DNA of 64,000 nt from Patescibacteria group bacterium (GTDB lineage Bacteria > Patescibacteriota > Patescibacteriia > SG8-24 > DYFX01): contig JBAZZB010000001.1 in assembly GCA_041659045.1 (NCBI GenBank), forward strand, positions 262,111 to 326,110, read 5' to 3'. The notes under the pieces are model-generated. The model had not been told where the DNA came from. It searched no databases and worked only from the letters and a program-made list of their open reading frames with translations. The position numbers and the translations under genes are program-made. Below are positions 9,627-19,527 of the stretch, one piece after another. Positions within the stretch are counted from its first letter, which is position 1. Every line of letters begins with the position of its first letter.

Positions 9627-10643
9627 ATGAAGACCTATCTCGTCACTGGCGCCGCCGGTTTTATCGGCTTCCATGTCGCCAAACGCCTGCTTGATCGCGG
9701 TGATGCCGTGATCGGCGTCGACAATCTCAATGACTACTACGACGTTTCTCTGAAGGAAGCGCGTTTGGCGCAACTTACTTCGTATCCGAATTTCCGTTTC
9801 GCGAAGCTCAACATCGCCGACCGCGCTGGCATGAAAGCGTTATTTGAAAACGAAGCGTTCGAGACCGTCATCCATTTGGCGGCGCAAGCGGGCGTGCGTT
9901 ATTCGCTTATCAACCCCGAAGCGTACATCGACTCCAACCTGGTCGGTTTCGGCCATATTCTCGAAGGTTGCCGCCAGAAGAAAGTTGCGCATCTCGTGTA
10001 CGCCTCTTCCAGTTCCGTGTACGGCGCCAACACCGTCACGCCGTTCTCCGTGCAGCACGGCGTCGACCATCCGGTGAGCCTCTACGCGGCGACGAAAAAA
10101 TCCAACGAGCTCATGGCACACTCCTACAGCCATCTCTACGCGCTGCCGACCACCGGTTTGCGCTTCTTCACGGTCTACGGACCATGGAGCCGTCCGGACA
10201 TGGCGATGTACAGCTTCACCAAAGCAATCCTGGAAGGAAAACCGATCGACGTATTCAATCACGGCAAAATGGAGCGCGACTTCACCTACATCGACGATAT
10301 TGTCGAAGGCGTCGTCCGGGCTGCCGAGCGCATCCCGGCTGCCAGCGAACTTGTGGAAAAGGATCGTCACCCCGGTATCAGCCACGCGCCGTATCGCGTC
10401 TACAACATCGGCAACAATCAACCGGTCGAGCTCGGTCGCTTCATCGAGCTGCTCGAGGAGAAACTTGGCGTCAAGGCCGAGAAGCGCTACCTGCCCATGC
10501 AGGCAGGGGACGTTTTGGCGACCTATGCTGATGTGGACGACTTGATGCGCGACGTGGATTTCCGCCCTTCCACGCCGCTTGAGGAAGGCATCGAAAAATT
10601 CGTTGAATGGTACCTTGCGTACCATAAACCGCCGACCTCCTAA
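9627..10643 (+). CDS. NAD-dependent epimerase (UDP-glucuronate 4-epimerase-like)
   Basis: [24 protein letters not shown] and [10 protein letters not shown] motifs. Confidence 0.92.
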   Translation: MKTYLVTGAAGFIGFHVAKRLLDRGDAVIGVDNLNDYYDVSLKEARLAQLTSYPNFRFAKLNIADRAGMKALFENEAFETVIHLAAQAGVRYSLINPEAYIDSNLVGFGHILEGCRQKKVAHLVYASSSSVYGANTVTPFSVQHGVDHPVSLYAATKKSNELMAHSYSHLYALPTTGLRFFTVYGPWSRPDMAMYSFTKAILEGKPIDVFNHGKMERDFTYIDDIVEGVVRAAERIPAASELVEKDRHPGISHAPYRVYNIGNNQPVELGRFIELLEEKLGVKAEKRYLPMQAGDVLATYADVDDLMRDVDFRPSTPLEEGIEKFVEWYLAYHKPPTS

Positions 10644-10709
10644 AAAACGCTGAAATCAGCGAAAAAAAGAAGGCTAAAACGCTTTTTTGGCTGAAACTCG
10701 CCCTCCTCT

Positions 10710-10738
10710 TGACGTGGATAAGCTCTTTTGTTAGACTT
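10710..10738 (+). promoter_or_regulatory. sigma70 promoter of the infA-rpsI operon
   Basis: TTGACG-17 nt-TAGACT with extended TG. Confidence 0.65.
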
Positions 10739-10855
10739 TCCGCAAGCAAAGTCCCCACCTGGCGACTTGCGTCCTTTTTTGGTTCGGATTAGACTATCCG
10801 ACACTTCACTAATTCTTGCCCAGTCGTTCGCGAACGATAGGGCTTGGCGAGCAGA

Positions 10856-11092
10856 ATGCAGAATAACGGAACAGGGGGAGTGGGGAAGGATTTCATCGAA
10901 GCCGCTGGCGTCGTTGAAGAACTTCTTCCAGCGACGACCTTCAAGGTCAAACTCGAAAGCGGGCACAGTATCCTGGCTCATCTTTCGGGGAAAATGCGTA
11001 TGAACCGTATCCGGCTCCTGCCGGGCGATCGCGTCAAAATCGAAATGACGCCATACGACTTGACCAAAGGCCGCATCGTCTACCGTTTCTGA
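10856..11092 (+). CDS. infA: Translation initiation factor IF-1
   Basis: [22 protein letters not shown]...[11 protein letters not shown]; start codon uncertain. Confidence 0.95.
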   Translation: MQNNGTGGVGKDFIEAAGVVEELLPATTFKVKLESGHSILAHLSGKMRMNRIRLLPGDRVKIEMTPYDLTKGRIVYRF

Positions 11093-11128
11093 ACTCACCC
11101 GCTCACGAACTGCCGTAAAAAGAAATCC

Positions 11129-11245
11129 ATGAAAGTTCGCTCGTCCGTCAAAAAAATCTGCCGCGATTGTACCGTGATCCGCCGAAAGCGCCGCGTGTGC
11201 ATCATCTGCAAGAAGAATCCTAAGCATAAGCAGCGCCAGGGCTAA
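11129..11245 (+). CDS. rpmJ: 50S ribosomal protein L36 (not in ORF track)
   Basis: [14 protein letters not shown]...[12 protein letters not shown], 38 aa, translated by hand. Confidence 0.97.
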   Translation: MKVRSSVKKICRDCTVIRRKRRVCIICKKNPKHKQRQG

Positions 11246-11256
11246 TTTATACACTT

Positions 11257-11646
11257 ATGGCACGTATCGCAGGCGTTACGCTCCCGAGCAACAAGCGCGT
11301 CATCATCGCCCTGACCTACATCTACGGCGTCGGTGACACTCAAGCGAAGGAGATCATCAAAAAGACCGGCGTGAATCCCGACACTCGCGTCAAGGATCTC
11401 GCGGAAACGGAAGCCAACAAGCTTCGCGACCACATCGAAAAAACGATGAAAGTCGAAGGCGAGCTCCGCCGCGATACGCTGGCTCAGATCAAGCGTTTGA
11501 AGGAGATCGGTTCTTACCGCGGCTCCCGCCACACGAAGAACCTCCCGCTCCGCGGACAGCGCACGAAAACGAACTCGCGCACCACGCGCGGTAACACCCG
11601 CAAGACGATGGGCTCCGGCCGCATCAAAGCGGGCATGAAGACCTAA
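11257..11646 (+). CDS. rpsM: 30S ribosomal protein S13
   Basis: [16 protein letters not shown] and [11 protein letters not shown] motifs. Confidence 0.98.
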   Translation: MARIAGVTLPSNKRVIIALTYIYGVGDTQAKEIIKKTGVNPDTRVKDLAETEANKLRDHIEKTMKVEGELRRDTLAQIKRLKEIGSYRGSRHTKNLPLRGQRTKTNSRTTRGNTRKTMGSGRIKAGMKT

Positions 11647-11667
11647 ATAAAAAGGACGTAAACCTTT

Positions 11668-12123
11668 ATGGAAGAAACCATGAACGCCGTCGCCACGGCC
11701 CCGGCCGAAGCGACGACAGAAGAAGGGAAGAAGTCCAAAGCGGCACCGCGCAAGAAAACGAAGAAAGCGGTCCGTCAGGTCTCCCATGGTCGCTGCTACG
11801 TGCAGGCGACTTACAACAACACGATCGTCACCTTGACCGACGCGAACGGCAATGTTCTCGCTTGGTCCTCGGCCGGTAAGGTCGGGTTCAGCGGTCCGAA
11901 GAAATCCACCCCGTACGCCGCATCCATGATCATCAAGGATGTCACGGAAAAGGTGAAAGACACCGGACTCAAGGACGTCAACGTTTTCGTCAAAGGCATC
12001 GGCTCCGGTCGCGAATCCGCGGTCCGCGCGTTGAACGCCAACGGCATCAACGTGTTGTCGATCAAAGACATCACTCCGATTCCTCATAACGGATGCCGGC
12101 CGCCGAAGCCGCGCCGCGTGTAA
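11668..12123 (+). CDS. rpsK: 30S ribosomal protein S11
   Basis: ATYNNT, KKSTPYAA and TPIPHNGCRP motifs. Confidence 0.98.
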   Translation: MEETMNAVATAPAEATTEEGKKSKAAPRKKTKKAVRQVSHGRCYVQATYNNTIVTLTDANGNVLAWSSAGKVGFSGPKKSTPYAASMIIKDVTEKVKDTGLKDVNVFVKGIGSGRESAVRALNANGINVLSIKDITPIPHNGCRPPKPRRV

Positions 12124-12126
12124 CCT

Positions 12127-12756
12127 ATGGGACGCAATACCGAACCCAAATGCAAACAGTGCCGGCGCGAAGGCGAGAAACTCTACCTTAAGGGTGAGAA
12201 GTGTCTCGGTCCGAAGTGCCCGGTCACCCGCCGCGCGTTCCCTCCGGGCCAGCACGGCCCGACTTCCCGCGCCAAAGTTACGCCGTACGGCGTGCAGTTG
12301 CGCCAGAAGCAGAAGGCCAAGCGCATCTACGGCCTCATGGAAAAGCAGTTCTCGAACTACTTCGCGAAAGCCGCCAGCCGCCCCGGCGACACCGGCGTCT
12401 TCCTGAAACAGTTCCTGGAAATGCGTTTCGACAACATCGTTTTCCGCCTCGGTTTCGCCAAGAGCCGCGCCCAAGCCCGCCAGTTGGTCGGCCACGGCCT
12501 GCTCACGGTCAACGGCAAGTCGGTCGACATTCCGTCGTACCAGCTCCGCGCCGGCGACATCGTCTCCATCAAGGAAAACAAGATCAACAAGGGCGCGTTC
12601 AAAGAAATCAAAGATCGCCTTTCCAAGCACCAGGCACCGGGCTGGCTCACGATCGAAGCAGCCAACGCCACGGGCAAGGTCATCAACCGTCCGACGGCCG
12701 AAGAGCTCGAACAGAGCTTCGACGCCAAGCTGATCGTCGAATTCTACTCTCGCTAA
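12127..12756 (+). CDS. rpsD: 30S ribosomal protein S4
   Basis: CRREG, PPGQHG, ARQLVGHG and LIVEFYSR motifs. Confidence 0.98.
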   Translation: MGRNTEPKCKQCRREGEKLYLKGEKCLGPKCPVTRRAFPPGQHGPTSRAKVTPYGVQLRQKQKAKRIYGLMEKQFSNYFAKAASRPGDTGVFLKQFLEMRFDNIVFRLGFAKSRAQARQLVGHGLLTVNGKSVDIPSYQLRAGDIVSIKENKINKGAFKEIKDRLSKHQAPGWLTIEAANATGKVINRPTAEELEQSFDAKLIVEFYSR

Positions 12757-12829
12757 TCCTTGGCCCGTCCCGTCGCCGCGCGGCGATTGCTGATCTGTCG
12801 CGCCGCGTGCCGCTGGACTCCAAACAACT

Positions 12830-13642
12830 ATGGAAGACATCCTTCTTCCGTCGAAGATCGAAATTGCTCCGAGCGAGCGCGACAACGAGTCGGTGCTCGT
12901 GATGGAACCGTTCTTCCACGGCTACGGCCACACGGTCGGCAACGCTCTTCGCCGGGTGCTGCTCTCGTCCCTTCAGGGCGCCGCAGTCATTGCCGTGAAG
13001 ATCAAAGGCGCTTCGCATGAATTCCAGGCCGTCCCGAACGTCAAGGAAGACGTTCTCGAGATCATCCTGAACCTCAAGCAGCTTCGCCTCAAAGTGTTCT
13101 CTGATGAGCCGGTCAAGTTGACGCTTCACGCCAAGGGCGACAAGAAGGTCACGGGCAAGGACATCCTGCCGAACTCCGACGTCGAGGTTGCCAACCCGAA
13201 CCTCCACATCGCGACGATCACGGAAAAAACTGGCGAGCTCGAAATGGAGATTACTGTGGCCAAGGGCCGCGGCTATGTCCCGACCGAAGAGCGAGGCAAG
13301 GAGAAAGCGGAACTCGGCACGATTGCCGTCGACGCGCTCTATAGCCCGATCCGCTCGGTTGGTTACAAAGTGGACGACGTTCGCGTCGGACAAGTCACCA
13401 ACTACGACCGCTTGACCCTCACGATCGAAACCGACGGCACTGTGGACGCCGACGAGGCCATCCGCTCTTCCGCCAAAATCTTGATCGATCACTTCGCTCT
13501 CCTGACTGGCGTCAACGCCGGTGAAGCTCCGGCCAAGGCCGAAGCTGAAGAAGAGTCCGAAGACACCGAAGAAGAATCTGAAGAACCCTCCGCTGACGGA
13601 GAAGAGAAGCCTAAGAAAAAGAAGGCTTCCAAAAAGAAATAA
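12830..13642 (+). CDS. rpoA: RNA polymerase alpha subunit (lacks alpha-CTD)
   Basis: GYGHTVGNALRRVLLSSL, HEF, KGRGYV and NYDRL motifs; ends in an acidic/Lys tail. Confidence 0.97.
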   Translation: MEDILLPSKIEIAPSERDNESVLVMEPFFHGYGHTVGNALRRVLLSSLQGAAVIAVKIKGASHEFQAVPNVKEDVLEIILNLKQLRLKVFSDEPVKLTLHAKGDKKVTGKDILPNSDVEVANPNLHIATITEKTGELEMEITVAKGRGYVPTEERGKEKAELGTIAVDALYSPIRSVGYKVDDVRVGQVTNYDRLTLTIETDGTVDADEAIRSSAKILIDHFALLTGVNAGEAPAKAEAEEESEDTEEESEEPSADGEEKPKKKKASKKK

Positions 13643-13644
13643 GT

Positions 13645-13995
13645 ATGCGCCACCGAGTTAAAGGAGCCATCTTGAGCCGAACGAAAGGGCCGCGCACCGC
13701 GCTGCTCCGCAATTTGGCGACCTCTGTCGTCTTGTACGAAAAGGTCAGGACCACCAAGGCAAAGGCGAAATTCGTCCGCCCGTTGGTCGAGAAGGCGATC
13801 ACGATCGGCCGCGCCGGAACGCTTGCGTCCCGCCGCCAGCTGCATACGATGTTCACTCTCGAAAACGCGATCAAAAAGATCGTCGAAGAGCTCGCCCCGA
13901 AATACAAGGGTCGCGCCGGCGGTTATACACGCATTATCCCGCTCAAGCGCCGCGAAGGCGACGCTGCCGAGATGGTGCAGATCGAATTGGTGTAA
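13645..13995 (+). CDS. rplQ: 50S ribosomal protein L17
   Basis: MRHR, TTKAKAK, GGYTRI and RREGDAAEM motifs. Confidence 0.98.
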   Translation: MRHRVKGAILSRTKGPRTALLRNLATSVVLYEKVRTTKAKAKFVRPLVEKAITIGRAGTLASRRQLHTMFTLENAIKKIVEELAPKYKGRAGGYTRIIPLKRREGDAAEMVQIELV

Positions 13996-13999
13996 ACCT

Positions 14000-14365
14000 A
14001 TGCCGAGCACTACCATTACCTCCAAAACTGTTGAACTCGACGCCGCCGGACAGTCCGTCGGACGCCTCGCAACCCAGATCGCACGTATTCTGATCGGCAA
14101 GCACAAAGCGACCTACACGCCGAACATCGACTCCGCCTATACGGTGCGCGTCAAGAACGCGAGCAAACTGGTGCTTACGGGCAACAAGACCGAGTCGAAG
14201 CTCTACTACCACTACTCGCAGTATCCGGGCGGCATGAAGACGCGCGCAGCCAAAGACCTCATGGTCAAGGATCCGGGTAAGGTCCTCCGCTACGCAGTTG
14301 ACCGCATGCTTCCGAAGAACACGCTGCGCGCTCGTCGCATCAAGCGCCTCACGATCACCAAATAA
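14000..14365 (+). CDS. rplM: 50S ribosomal protein L13 (short)
   Basis: DAAGQSVGRLAT, GKHKATYTP, YPGGMK and AVDRMLPKN motifs. Confidence 0.95.
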   Translation: MPSTTITSKTVELDAAGQSVGRLATQIARILIGKHKATYTPNIDSAYTVRVKNASKLVLTGNKTESKLYYHYSQYPGGMKTRAAKDLMVKDPGKVLRYAVDRMLPKNTLRARRIKRLTITK

Positions 14366-14370
14366 GCGCT

Positions 14371-14856
14371 ATGACGACGAAGAAAGAAACGACAAAAAAA
14401 GCCGTCACCAAGAAAGTCGCAAAGGCTGACGCGCCCAAGAAGCACCACACGAGCCATGAAGCTACGGGTAAGTATGTGTATGCCCTCGGTCGCCGCAAGC
14501 GCGGTGTCGCCATGGTGCGCATCTATCTGGGCGGCAAAGGCGTGATCACGGTGAACTCCAAGCCGATGAAGGAATACTTCCCGGTCGCGGACCTTCAGGA
14601 CGCTGTCCTGGTGCCTCTCAAGGCTGTCGGTATGGACGCCACGACTGATATCGTCGCTTCCACCCACGGTGGAGGCATCCGCGGCCAGGCCGACGCCGTC
14701 AAACTCGGCATCGCCCGCGCCCTCTTGGTCCACAACCCCGATTTCCGCGCCACCCTGAAACCCCTCGGCGTCCTCACCCGCGACCCCCGCGAAAAGGAAC
14801 GCAAGAAGTACGGTCTCAAAAAGGCTCGCAAGAGCCCGCAGTGGGCAAAGCGCTGA
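14371..14856 (+). CDS. rpsI: 30S ribosomal protein S9
   Basis: GRRK, GGGIRGQA and TRDPREKERKKYGLKKARKSPQWAKR motifs. Confidence 0.98.
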   Translation: MTTKKETTKKAVTKKVAKADAPKKHHTSHEATGKYVYALGRRKRGVAMVRIYLGGKGVITVNSKPMKEYFPVADLQDAVLVPLKAVGMDATTDIVASTHGGGIRGQADAVKLGIARALLVHNPDFRATLKPLGVLTRDPREKERKKYGLKKARKSPQWAKR

Positions 14857-14874
14857 TTTCAAATCATCGCAACG

Positions 14875-14899
14875 AAACTCCGCCGAAAGGCGGAGTTTT
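14875..14899 (+). terminator. Terminator of the ribosomal protein operon
   Basis: AAACTCCGCC GAAA GGCGGAGTTTT. Confidence 0.85.
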
Positions 14900-14906
14900 G
14901 ATTTTA

Positions 14907-14969
14907 AGAAAACAAAGAGCGCACCCGGGAAGGCATGAGCGAGTATGCTCTTTGCCGCGCGGGTGCGCG
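14907..14969 (-). repeat. ~60-bp hairpin repeat, copy 2
   Basis: Near-identical to 6201-6260; immediately follows the stop of 14972-15376. Confidence 0.85.
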
Positions 14970-14971
14970 AG

Positions 14972-15376
14972 TTACTGTTGCTTGCGTCGGGAGATGGCCT
15001 GCTCGATGCGGGCCTTCTCTTCGCCGAGGAGCTGCAGGTCGTACTGATTGAGACTGGCGAGCCACTGCTCGATGCTGTTGTGACGGTCTTGCCAGCAAGC
15101 GGCGAACTGGTCGAGGTCCTCGTCCAGAGCGTAGCGCCGATAGAAATCGCCGACACCCACGAAGCGATGCTCCTGACCGGTCAGGCACTCGATGTGGCCG
15201 GCGTGACAGGCCTTCGCCGCTCCATGGCGCAACTCCGCGATGGTCATGTAGTGAACTTCGTTCTCCGGTCGTTCCCGGTAGTTCAGCTCGATCTCCTCTC
15301 CTCCCCATGGGCGCACGATGCGCCGGATCACCAGCTTGCCAGGTTCTGGAACCCACTTGTCTACGTGCTGCGTCAT
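14972..15376 (-). CDS. Hypothetical protein
   Basis: AGGAG SD; coding-like codon bias. Confidence 0.65.
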   Translation of the reverse strand: MTQHVDKWVPEPGKLVIRRIVRPWGGEEIELNYRERPENEVHYMTIAELRHGAAKACHAGHIECLTGQEHRFVGVGDFYRRYALDEDLDQFAACWQDRHNSIEQWLASLNQYDLQLLGEEKARIEQAISRRKQQ

Positions 15377-15396
15377 TGAAACTCTCCTGACGATGT

Positions 15397-15729
15397 TTAG
15401 ACGAGAATCGGCTCTTCGAAGTTGTAGAAGCGGTGCTCCTTGAGCAGGTTGGTGGCGACATCGTCAGCCAGATTGTGGTTGATCACCATCTGGACTGCCA
15501 TCGTACGCGCGACCCGCGTGCCGCCGAGGATCACGATCTCGGGTTCGCTGTGTGGCTCGATCTCGTAGTCGAACGGCACCTTCGACTTGAGCTCCTCCGC
15601 CAGGGTGTTGGCGACCGCGACGGTCCGGTTGTAGTGGGGCGGAGTGATCCGTACACGGATGCGAGCCTTGCTGGTGGGCGTGCTCGCCTGGAGGATCCAA
15701 TAGGTAAACTCGGTCTGTGCTGATGACAT
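15397..15729 (-). CDS. Hypothetical protein
   Basis: GAGGGGGT SD; tandem with 14972-15376. Confidence 0.65.
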   Translation of the reverse strand: MSSAQTEFTYWILQASTPTSKARIRVRITPPHYNRTVAVANTLAEELKSKVPFDYEIEPHSEPEIVILGGTRVARTMAVQMVINHNLADDVATNLLKEHRFYNFEEPILV

Positions 15730-15892
15730 GGTCGATACCCCCTCGGTTCTGACGGTCTGGAACTTGGTGTTTTGACGGTTTGTGAGCTTGGGAATGAGCT
15801 ATTCTGACGTGTTACGTTAGCATACGTTAGGCGAAAAGTCAATCCTGTAACGGCCAAGCGTTAATTCAAAGCCTTGTTTAAAGAAAAAACCC

Positions 15893-16255
15893 TCACGCTC
15901 TGGGCGGGAAGGTGGTGGAGGCGTGGTGGAGGAGCGAGCCGTGCTGGGCCTGATTCAGCTTGAGTAGAGCGGCTTGCTTCCTGCCTTCGTCGGTCAGCCA
16001 GACGCGGCTTACGGTGCGCTGCGCCCAGCCTCGGACTTCGAGTCCGGTGATGTCGCTTTCGATCGCTTGGCGCAAACGAGCGCGGTAGTCGGGACCGCTT
16101 CCGAGGCGATAGACGCACCGACGCGCCATGCTGTAGCGGAACGCGATGTACGCGTCGACGAGCTTCTCGAGATCGACCTGCTGCCAGCCGGTCGCGTGCA
16201 GGTGCAGGAGTACCGTTTCGAGCATTTGTTCGGTCGTCGTGGCGATGAACTTCAT
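15893..16255 (-). CDS. Hypothetical protein, possible winged-helix
   Basis: AGGAGG SD; LEVRGWA...WLTDEGR resembles a wHTH wing. Confidence 0.55.
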   Translation of the reverse strand: MKFIATTTEQMLETVLLHLHATGWQQVDLEKLVDAYIAFRYSMARRCVYRLGSGPDYRARLRQAIESDITGLEVRGWAQRTVSRVWLTDEGRKQAALLKLNQAQHGSLLHHASTTFPPRA

Positions 16256-16368
16256 CGGTTCCTCCTGGGGGGGGTCTGGATTGAGCTTAACGGGCTGGAA
16301 GCTGCTGGGTCAAGGTTGATTTTTCCTATCGACTCTGTCACCCTAAACCCGTCCAAAGGGAGGTATAC

Positions 16369-16662
16369 ATGAGTTCCAAGATCAGATTCGATCCACCGAA
16401 ACCAGTCGTGGGCCATCCGGTCGAGCTTGTCGAGCTCAACTACGCCCGCGACAACTACATCTGGCTCATCACGGTACGCTTCACGGAGTACGATCCGCCG
16501 GTCGAGACGCAGCTGCGTTACGACGTGAGCAAGGGGATCACGATCGATCTTCCGGTCATGCCCCTGGGCGCGCGGCAGACGCTTCTCGACATCCGGGGCG
16601 AGACGCCGTGGGAGGGGAATCCGCTCTCGGAGCTCATCGACGCGTCTCTGCCTGATTCGTAA
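16369..16662 (+). CDS. Hypothetical protein
   Basis: GGGAGGT SD; hairpin plus T-tract at 16661-16688. Confidence 0.65.
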   Translation: MSSKIRFDPPKPVVGHPVELVELNYARDNYIWLITVRFTEYDPPVETQLRYDVSKGITIDLPVMPLGARQTLLDIRGETPWEGNPLSELIDASLPDS

Positions 16663-16705
16663 CCGCCGCTTCTCGCGTGCGGTTTTTTGTATGCGCGACG
16701 TAGGG

Positions 16706-17008
16706 TTAGTGCGGCGATAAATAGATCAGCAGTCCGATAATGGCTCCGGCGGCGACGCTGTTCATAGTGGAGGAGATCAAGATTGCGAACGTGCGGCGGT
16801 GGATAGCATAGACGACCCAGGTTAGGCTGCTCACGAGGATGATGGTGAAAGTCAGGAACGATAACCCCTGCACTTCGTGGGTCAAGAAGGCTTTGATGAC
16901 TTGCGGATATAAGGCGAAGCCGGAAAGCAGCCCGTTGGCGTAGGCAATACGATCAACGAGGTGTCGATGGTCTTCAAGTCTTCCTAAAAGTTCAGAGAGT
17001 TTTGGCAT
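16706..17008 (-). CDS. SemiSWEET/PQ-loop family transporter
   Basis: Three TM helices; YPQVIK...GLS...WVVY. Confidence 0.75.
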   Translation of the reverse strand: MPKLSELLGRLEDHRHLVDRIAYANGLLSGFALYPQVIKAFLTHEVQGLSFLTFTIILVSSLTWVVYAIHRRTFAILISSTMNSVAAGAIIGLLIYLSPH

Positions 17009-17089
17009 GAAGTAGTGCTTCCATCGTAGTGTATCACGTTGCTAAGTCTATTTGATTTTCCGGTCTAATTCCGGCAAAATACCCTTGAT

Positions 17090-18523
17090 ATGTCCGTCGC
17101 CCGGAATACCGCCACGTTGCTTGTCGCTTCGATCCTGCAGAAGGTGATTGCCTTCGTGTATTTCGCGTTGATCGCGCGCTGGGCGGGGGTGGAGAATACG
17201 GGCACGTATTTTTTTGCGCTCTCGTGGACCTTGATGTTTTCGGTCATTACCGATCTTGGCCTCACATCCGTCTTGATCCGCGAGTCGGCTCGCGATCACG
17301 CGCGCGCGGAATCGATCATGAACCAGATTCTGACGCTCAAGGCACCGCTCATTTTCCTGGCGATGCTTTTGTCGGTTGTCGCGGCGTGGGTTTTGGGCAC
17401 GCGCGGCGAGGCGCTCATGATGGTTGCTTTCGGCGCGCTCGTCTTGGCACTCGACGGCGTCTCGCTCATGTTCTACGGCGTGCTGCGTGGGCACCACATG
17501 CTTTCCTACGAGGGAATTGGTCTCGTCATCGGCCAAACGATGACGCTCGTGATCGGCGGGTACGTTCTCAAAACGGGTGCTCCGCTTCAGATGCTCATGC
17601 TGGCACTCGTGGCTGGCAGCGCTTGGAACGCGTTCAATTCCTGGCGCGTCGTGCGGAAGAAGTTGAATCTTCGTCCTTGTTTTGTTTGGGACCGCGCTTT
17701 GGTCGGCACGATCGTACGCTCGGCGATCCCGTTTGCGCTGGCGGGCGTCTTCGTAAAAATCTACACCAACGCCGACGTCGTGCTGCTCACCAAGTTGGCA
17801 GGGGAGGAAGCGGCCGGCCTCTACAGCGTGCCGTACAAGCTCACGTTTGCCTTCCAGTTCATTCCGATGGCCTTCACAGCGGCATTGTATCCTGCGATGA
17901 GCCGTGCGTACGCAGAGGACAAAACACAGCTTGGTGACTTGCTTCACAAGGCACTCTGGTCGCTCTCCGTCATCGTGGCACCGCTCGTGGCCGGCATCGT
18001 GGCGCTCGGTCCCGAGATCGTGCACATGGTCTATGGCGCAGATTACGCTTCGTCGATTCTGCCGCTTCAGATTCTTGTCTTCACCTTGATCTTCGTCTTT
18101 CTTGATTTTCCGATCGGCTCACTTTTGAACGGCTCCGATCGCCAAGCGACGCAGACGAAACTCATGGGCGTCGCGACGTGCATTTCCGTGGCGCTGAACG
18201 TCGCTTTGATTCCGGTGTATGGCGTGATCGGCGTCGCGATCGCTTCGCTCGTGAGCCACTTCGTGCTGTTCACCGGCGGGCTCTGGGCGATTGGAAAGTT
18301 TCTCGACTGGCCGGCCGGCCATTTCTTGTGGCGTGCCGTCCGTATTGCCGCCGCAGCGGCAGCGATGTGTGTCGTTGTCGTACTTGCCAAGGGCTCTCTG
18401 CCACTTGTTGCTTCGATCGCGCTTGGTGCTATGGCGTACGTCGTGTTTTCTCTCCTGTTCCGCACGGTTGCCGTTACTGATGTGCGCGAGTTACTCGGAC
18501 GTGTTTTGAAACGCGCGGTATGA
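17090..18523 (+). CDS. Wzx-like flippase
   Basis: Polytopic membrane protein; DLGL, D..LL, AGLYS and ALYPAMS motifs. Confidence 0.9.
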   Translation: MSVARNTATLLVASILQKVIAFVYFALIARWAGVENTGTYFFALSWTLMFSVITDLGLTSVLIRESARDHARAESIMNQILTLKAPLIFLAMLLSVVAAWVLGTRGEALMMVAFGALVLALDGVSLMFYGVLRGHHMLSYEGIGLVIGQTMTLVIGGYVLKTGAPLQMLMLALVAGSAWNAFNSWRVVRKKLNLRPCFVWDRALVGTIVRSAIPFALAGVFVKIYTNADVVLLTKLAGEEAAGLYSVPYKLTFAFQFIPMAFTAALYPAMSRAYAEDKTQLGDLLHKALWSLSVIVAPLVAGIVALGPEIVHMVYGADYASSILPLQILVFTLIFVFLDFPIGSLLNGSDRQATQTKLMGVATCISVALNVALIPVYGVIGVAIASLVSHFVLFTGGLWAIGKFLDWPAGHFLWRAVRIAAAAAAMCVVVVLAKGSLPLVASIALGAMAYVVFSLLFRTVAVTDVRELLGRVLKRAV

Positions 18524-19527
18524 AGACGCTTCTTGTCACCTACGAATACCCGCCCGATCACGGCGGCATCGCCAGTTATCTCGGCGGCCTCTTCGGCGCG
18601 ATGGAGGACGTCACGGTTTTGAAACTCAAACAACCAACCGCGCCTCTTGCTTGGCTTTTGGATCTTCCAAAAATATTTCGTGCGTCGCGCAAGGCTGATG
18701 TCATTGTTATTTCGCATCTCTTACCGCTTGGCACCTCTGCCATGGTGCTCGGCAAGCCGTATGTCGTGATCGTTCACGGGCTTGATCTGCGTCTCGCGCG
18801 CAGCAAAAAAATGCTGGCGTCTCGCGTGTTGAAAAATGCGAAATGTGTCGTAGCGAATAGTCTCTCAACCGCCAAGGCTCTTCCAGAGTTTGGTGTCAAA
18901 ACGGAAAACGCTTTGGTGCTGACACCAGCCATCGATGCGTCGTGGGACGCCTACGCTTCAAAATCACAGACGCAAGGTCTGCAAAAGACTGTGCTCGCGG
19001 TGGGGCGTTTTGTTCCGCGCAAAGGGTTCGATCGATTGATCCGGATGTTGCCGAAGCTGCGTGAAGCGTGTGGTGACGTAATGCTTCTTTTGGCCGGCTC
19101 TGGGCAAGAAGAGGAGAGGCTTCGCGCCCAATCGGAGAAGCTCGGCATGGCTTCGCACGTAAAGTTCATTATCGCGCCCGATCAAGCAACTCTGGCCGCG
19201 CAGTATTGGGTCTGTGACGCCTTTGCACTTCCGGCCCGCGATTCGAAAGACGACGTGGAAGGCTTTGGAATCGTTTTCCTGGAGGCCTCGCTCTTCGGTA
19301 AGCCGATTGTCGCTATGCGCACGGGCGGCACGCCTGAGGCCGTCCAAGACGGTGTGACGGGGCTTTTGGCTGACCCTTTGTCCGAGCAAGACTTTTTGGA
19401 TAAGCTGACTCAGGTTCTGAACGAACCGGAAACCGCCGAACGGCTTGGTATGGCCGGACGTGCGCGTGTACTCCGCGATTTTCAGTGGAAGGATCGCGCT
19501 GAAGCGTTGAAGAAGAAGTTGTCATGA
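18520..19527 (+). CDS. Glycosyltransferase family 4
   Basis: YPPDHGGI, GRFVPRKG and EGFGIVFLEA motifs. Confidence 0.92.
   Translation: MKTLLVTYEYPPDHGGIASYLGGLFGAMEDVTVLKLKQPTAPLAWLLDLPKIFRASRKADVIVISHLLPLGTSAMVLGKPYVVIVHGLDLRLARSKKMLASRVLKNAKCVVANSLSTAKALPEFGVKTENALVLTPAIDASWDAYASKSQTQGLQKTVLAVGRFVPRKGFDRLIRMLPKLREACGDVMLLLAGSGQEEERLRAQSEKLGMASHVKFIIAPDQATLAAQYWVCDAFALPARDSKDDVEGFGIVFLEASLFGKPIVAMRTGGTPEAVQDGVTGLLADPLSEQDFLDKLTQVLNEPETAERLGMAGRARVLRDFQWKDRAEALKKKLS

Noticed and set aside
11242-12885. 547-aa minus-strand ORF and similar long shadow ORFs opposite mnmA, alaS, clpB and ddl
   Set aside because: Antisense shadows of well-identified genes caused by codon bias
15740-15800. Short TGACGGT direct repeats upstream of 15729
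   Set aside because: Too short to distinguish from chance
5546-16255. Bona fide integron arrays
   Set aside because: No integrase in the window, only two copies of the hairpin, poor attC spacing, and the genes have their own promoters; kept only as a weak analogy
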